From Candidatus Eiseniibacteriota bacterium (GTDB lineage: Bacteria > Eisenbacteria > RBG-16-71-46): a stretch of DNA of 22,597 nucleotides. The notes below the pieces were generated by a model. It had not been told where the DNA came from. It searched no databases and saw only the letters and a program-made list of their open reading frames with translations. Positions 19,046-22,597 of the stretch are shown in pieces. The DNA is taken from positions 1-22,597 of the forward strand of contig JBGAOA010000068.1 of NCBI GenBank assembly GCA_044222065.1, given 5' to 3'. How positions within the stretch are numbered: the stretch's first letter is position 1; the number at the start of each line of letters is the position of its first letter. Position numbers and translations under genes: made by a program.

Positions 19046-19834
19046 TCAGCTCCGCCACGCCCACGCGACCATCTGCTGCGACGGATCGGTGAAGGGCTTG
19101 CCTTCGAAGTCGCCGAGGATCTGCCAGCGCGTGAACCCCGCCGCCTGGAACAGCAGCTCGAGTTCGTAGCGATAGACCCAGCGCTGCTGCGTCGTCGAGA
19201 CGTGGCGCGCGACGACGCGGCCGTCGGCCGTCACCTCGCGCACTTCCATCTCCGAGAGCTGGCGCTGGCCGGCGACGTCCTTCGTGCGCTGGTCCCACAC
19301 CTGCAGCGTCGTCAGGCGCTCCGGGTGGCGCACTTCCGATTCGAGCACGGGATCGCCGTCGGGCTCGGACCAGTAGCGCGGGCTCGGGTAGCTCATGTGC
19401 ATCACGAGCGCTCCGCCCTCGAGCAGGTGCTCGCGCACGCACCGCAGCGTCGCGATCTGGTCGCGCGTCGAGGCGCAGTGCGCGAACGAATTGAAGGCGC
19501 AGATCGCGCGCGCGTACTTGCGCCGCATCGTGAAGTCGCGCATGTCGGCGACGAGCGCCGTGGTCTTGAGCTGCTTCGCCGCGGCGCGCGCGCGCAGCCG
19601 CTCGATCATCGGCTCGGCGAGATCGATGCCGTCGGCGTCCGCGCCCGCCTCGAGCAGGCGCAGCAGCACGCGCCCCGTCCCGCAGCCGATCTCGAGCACG
19701 GGCCCGTTCGCGTCCTTCGCCACGGCGAGCCAGTACGGCACGTCGAAGTCGAGCGTGTCGTAGATCGCGTCGTAGATCGCGGGATCGTCGTAGGGCGAGC
19801 CGCTCGGTTCGTTCGGGGCGAGGCGCCGGGTCAC
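19046..19834 (-). CDS. Class I SAM-dependent methyltransferase
   Basis: VLEIGCGTGR, GIDL, ADMRDF, HLLEGG; start taken at GTG 19834, 4 nt after the paralog's stop. Confidence 0.92.
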   Translation of the reverse strand: MTRRLAPNEPSGSPYDDPAIYDAIYDTLDFDVPYWLAVAKDANGPVLEIGCGTGRVLLRLLEAGADADGIDLAEPMIERLRARAAAKQLKTTALVADMRDFTMRRKYARAICAFNSFAHCASTRDQIATLRCVREHLLEGGALVMHMSYPSPRYWSEPDGDPVLESEVRHPERLTTLQVWDQRTKDVAGQRQLSEMEVREVTADGRVVARHVSTTQQRWVYRYELELLFQAAGFTRWQILGDFEGKPFTDPSQQMVAWAWRS

Positions 19835-19838
19835 GGGG

Positions 19839-20624
19839 TCAGTCCTTCCACGCCCGCCACGCGAGGACGGCCCCGGCTTTCGGGGGCTCGGGCGGATCGA
19901 GCGGGCCGTCGGCATCGTAGCGCGCGATCGGAGTGCACGCCTCCCAGCGCGAGAAGCCTGCGAGCCGGAACAGCAGCTCCATCTCGGGGCCGAACACGTA
20001 GCGCAGCTCGAAGCCCGACTCGACCGTGCGCTCGACGGCGCCGGCCGGATCGAGGATCTCGACCGTGCGCGCGACGCGCGTCACCTGCGCGTACGTGTCG
20101 GACGTCGTCGCGTCGGTGACGCGCACGCGGCCGCGGCCGTCCGGCCGGTCGTGCTCCATCGTGACCTTCGGCGTGCCGTCGAGGCCCGCGAGCACGGCGA
20201 CGCTCGGGTGGAACGCAACGATCGTCAGCGAGCCGCCGCCTTCGAGGTGTTCGCGGCAGCAGCGCAGCGTCGCGAGCTGATCGTCCTGCGTGAGGTTGTG
20301 GTAGAAGCTCGTGAAGCCGATCAGGATCCAGCGGTAGCGGCGCGGCATCGTGAAGTCGCGCATGTCCCCCACGACGACGTTCGCGCGCAGCCCTTTCGCC
20401 GCGAGCTTCGTGCGCGCGCCCTCGGCCATCGCCGGCGTCAGGTCGAGGCCGTCGGCGTCCACGCCCGCCTCGACCATCGGCACGAGCAGTCGGCCGTCGC
20501 CGCACGCGACCTCGAGCACCGGCCCGTTCGCCTCTTTCGCGAGCCGCACGACGTACGGGATGTCGGCGCGATACGGCGCGTAGATCAGGTCGTAGAGTTC
20601 CGGGGTCGCGTAGTAGTCGCCCAT
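19839..20624 (-). CDS. Class I SAM-dependent methyltransferase (paralog)
   Basis: VLEVACGDGR, GLDL, GDMRDF, HLEGGG. Confidence 0.92.
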   Translation of the reverse strand: MGDYYATPELYDLIYAPYRADIPYVVRLAKEANGPVLEVACGDGRLLVPMVEAGVDADGLDLTPAMAEGARTKLAAKGLRANVVVGDMRDFTMPRRYRWILIGFTSFYHNLTQDDQLATLRCCREHLEGGGSLTIVAFHPSVAVLAGLDGTPKVTMEHDRPDGRGRVRVTDATTSDTYAQVTRVARTVEILDPAGAVERTVESGFELRYVFGPEMELLFRLAGFSRWEACTPIARYDADGPLDPPEPPKAGAVLAWRAWKD

Positions 20625-20628
20625 CGCG

Positions 20629-22023
20629 TCATCCGCGCGCGGCGCGCCGTCCGCGCCACAGCCAGTACACCGGGAGCCCCGTCGCCGCGATCAGCACGCC
20701 GGCCATCGCGCGCGGCACCGGGAGGCCGAGCTTCGCGAGGCCCTCGAACGGCGCGCTCGATGAGAAGTCGCTGTAGATGATCACGGCCGTGACGAGCAGG
20801 AACACGATCGGCGTCACCGGATGGAGAGGCGTGCGATAGCTCGCGGGGCCCTGCTCGCCGCGCGCCTCGCGCGCGCGCTGAACGAAGATCGTCGCGGTCG
20901 AGACGCCGTAGAAGAGCCACGACGTCGTGACGAACCAGCCCGACACGTCTTCGAAGCCGTTCGCGGCCCAGAGCCACACGCACGAGAGCAGGGCCTGGAT
21001 CCACAGCGCGAGCGACGGCGTCTCGCGCTTCGGATCGAGTGCCGCGAGCGGCTTCCACAACAGCCCGTCCGCCGCCATCGCCTGCGTGACGCGCGGGCCG
21101 GTGAGGATCGCGCCGTTCGTGGTGCCGAACGTCGAGATCGCGACGAGCACCGCGAGCGCGCGCGCACCCCAGTCGCCGAGCAGGCGGTGGATCGTCTCGG
21201 AGCCGACGGCCTCGTAGCTCGCGACCTCGTTCGGCGACAGCACGTGGTAGTAGGCGAGGTTCGTGAGCACGTACACGCCGATCACGAGCCACGTGCCGCC
21301 GAGGATCGCGATCGGCATCACGCGCTGCGGGTCCTTCACCTCGCCCGCGACGTAGGTCGAGTCCGTCCAGCCGTCGTAGGCGAACAGGATGCCGATCATC
21401 GCGAGCGCGAGCGCCGTCATCGTCGCGTGCCCGGCGTTGCCCGCCGCCGTCAGCTCGACCGGCGTCGCCGGGTGCGTGCCCGGCAGCACGAACGCCAGGC
21501 CGCACAGCGCGAGGATGCCGATCACCTTCGCGGTCGTGAACAGCGACTGAGTGCCCGCGCCCTCGCGCACGCCGAGCCAGTTCACGAACGTCAGCAGCAC
21601 GATCGCGCCGCAGCCGACCGGGAACTCGGCCGCATTGCCGAGGCCGAGCACCTGGCAGAGGTAGAGCGCGAACACGCTCGTGATGGACGCGATCACGGTC
21701 GGCTTGATGACCCACAGGTTCGCCCACCCGAACAGGAACGCCCACGCGTCGCCGAAGCCCTCGCGGATGAACACGTAGAGCCCGCCGGTCTTCGGGTGGC
21801 GCACCGCGAGTTCGGTCAGGACGAGCGAGCCCGCGATCGAGAGCACGCCGCCGACGATCCACGCGAGCAGCACGAGGCCGAGCGTCGGCAGTTCCTGTGC
21901 GACGCCGTGAGGCGAGCGGAAGATTCCCGAGCCGATGATGTTGCCGACGGTGATCGCCGTTGCGGCGTAGAGGCCGAGAACGCGATGCGGCTGGACGGCG
22001 GACGGGCGACCGGTGGCGCTCAT
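20629..22023 (-). CDS. APC-superfamily amino acid permease (LAT/SteT-like)
   Basis: IIGSGIF, EL....PKTGGLY, FAYDGW, AGEVKDPQR, ~12 TM helices. Confidence 0.95.
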   Translation of the reverse strand: MSATGRPSAVQPHRVLGLYAATAITVGNIIGSGIFRSPHGVAQELPTLGLVLLAWIVGGVLSIAGSLVLTELAVRHPKTGGLYVFIREGFGDAWAFLFGWANLWVIKPTVIASITSVFALYLCQVLGLGNAAEFPVGCGAIVLLTFVNWLGVREGAGTQSLFTTAKVIGILALCGLAFVLPGTHPATPVELTAAGNAGHATMTALALAMIGILFAYDGWTDSTYVAGEVKDPQRVMPIAILGGTWLVIGVYVLTNLAYYHVLSPNEVASYEAVGSETIHRLLGDWGARALAVLVAISTFGTTNGAILTGPRVTQAMAADGLLWKPLAALDPKRETPSLALWIQALLSCVWLWAANGFEDVSGWFVTTSWLFYGVSTATIFVQRAREARGEQGPASYRTPLHPVTPIVFLLVTAVIIYSDFSSSAPFEGLAKLGLPVPRAMAGVLIAATGLPVYWLWRGRRAARG

Positions 22024-22098
22024 GCGGAGGTCCTCGGGTGCGGTCGGACGGTGGCGGGGACCGTCGGGCGGGCGACGGCCGCGGTGGCGAGCGGCGGG

Positions 22099-22107
22099 AC
22101 GCTAGCA
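22099..22107 (-). promoter_or_regulatory. Possible extended -10 element for the permease operon
   Basis: Minus strand TGC TAGCGT, ~75 nt upstream of the ATG; no clear -35. Confidence 0.25.
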
Positions 22108-22230
22108 CAGCGGGTCAGGTGGCCCCGCATGACGCGCGAACGTGCGAATCGCACGGTGGCGCCTTGCGGACGGCGTGTCGGGCGGCGTGGGCGCCGCGCG
22201 GAAGTCCGCGAAATCCGAGGTCCGGACTCG

Positions 22231-22247
22231 CGGCACTCCACGTGCAT
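22231..22247 (+). promoter_or_regulatory. Possible sigma54 (-24/-12) promoter
   Basis: CGGCAC-TCCAC-GTGCAT: GG-N10-GC spacing, versus consensus TGGCAC-N5-TTGCW. Confidence 0.35.
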
Positions 22248-22325
22248 TTCCGTAGGGTTGGAAGTGTGCCCCTCGCAGGTCGCGCACGGCGACGATGCCG
22301 TCGCGCACGAGATCGGAGGAATTCG

Positions 22326-22597
22326 ATGAGGTCCCCGGCAAGAGCTCTGTGGCGCGAGGTCGCTCTGAGCGTTCCGGTGCTTCTGCTCGTCGTGTCGTCC
22401 GCCGGCGCAAAGCCCAGCGCCCCGCAGACCCCCATTCGCCCGCAGCGTGAGTTCTCCAGCGTGATCGACGGCCGCGTCGGCGGTGTCGTGCAGGGTGGCA
22501 ATTGGAACCTCGTCGTTCCGGCGGGTGCGTTCAACGGCACGACGCGCATCTCTCTGGTCGAGACCTTCGGTGGCTTCCCGACCGTGGACCTGCACAT
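22326..22597 (+). CDS. Partial CDS (5' end), secreted protein with ZU5-like segment; not in the ORF track
   Basis: GGAGGA 5 nt before ATG 22326; open to the window edge: MRSPARALWREVALSVPVLLLVVSSAGA-KPSAPQ...IDGRVGGVVQGGNWNLVVPAGAFNGTTRISL. Confidence 0.75.
   Translation, partial: MRSPARALWREVALSVPVLLLVVSSAGAKPSAPQTPIRPQREFSSVIDGRVGGVVQGGNWNLVVPAGAFNGTTRISLVETFGGFPTVDLH

Overview
High-GC (visually ~70%) chromosomal window from a diderm bacterium; the gene style suggests an uncultured lineage such as Ca. Eisenbacteria (weak inference). No rRNA, tRNA, CRISPR array, transposase or phage gene is recognisable. Gene order: partial + strand CDS (possible HNH-protein tail), FRG-domain gene, DUF3303-like gene, mfd, a TlpA-like thioredoxin divergent from a TSP3/OmpA protein, and a structured intergenic region with a palindromic element. 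Next is a minus-strand operon (ECF sigma, 79-aa putative anti-sigma, CmpX/MscS-like channel, exported coiled-coil protein) divergent from mscL and a DUF3078-like beta-barrel. A long minus-strand run follows in transcription order: APC permease, two paralogous SAM methyltransferases, DUF58, a WEIHPV OB-fold-like protein, a BatA/vWA protein, HD hydrolase, SRPBCC, ICMT-like, GNAT, exosortase H-like plus partner, DHFR-like. A partial secreted ZU5-like gene ends the window. Best candidate system: identical GTGACTTTT-N13-GTCnG promoter motifs point outward to both the ECF/MscS operon and mscL, with a weaker third copy before the beta-barrel. This suggests a compact ECF regulon for mechanosensitive channels. 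The BatA gene is frameshifted by an exact 140-bp tandem duplication, probably an assembly artefact.
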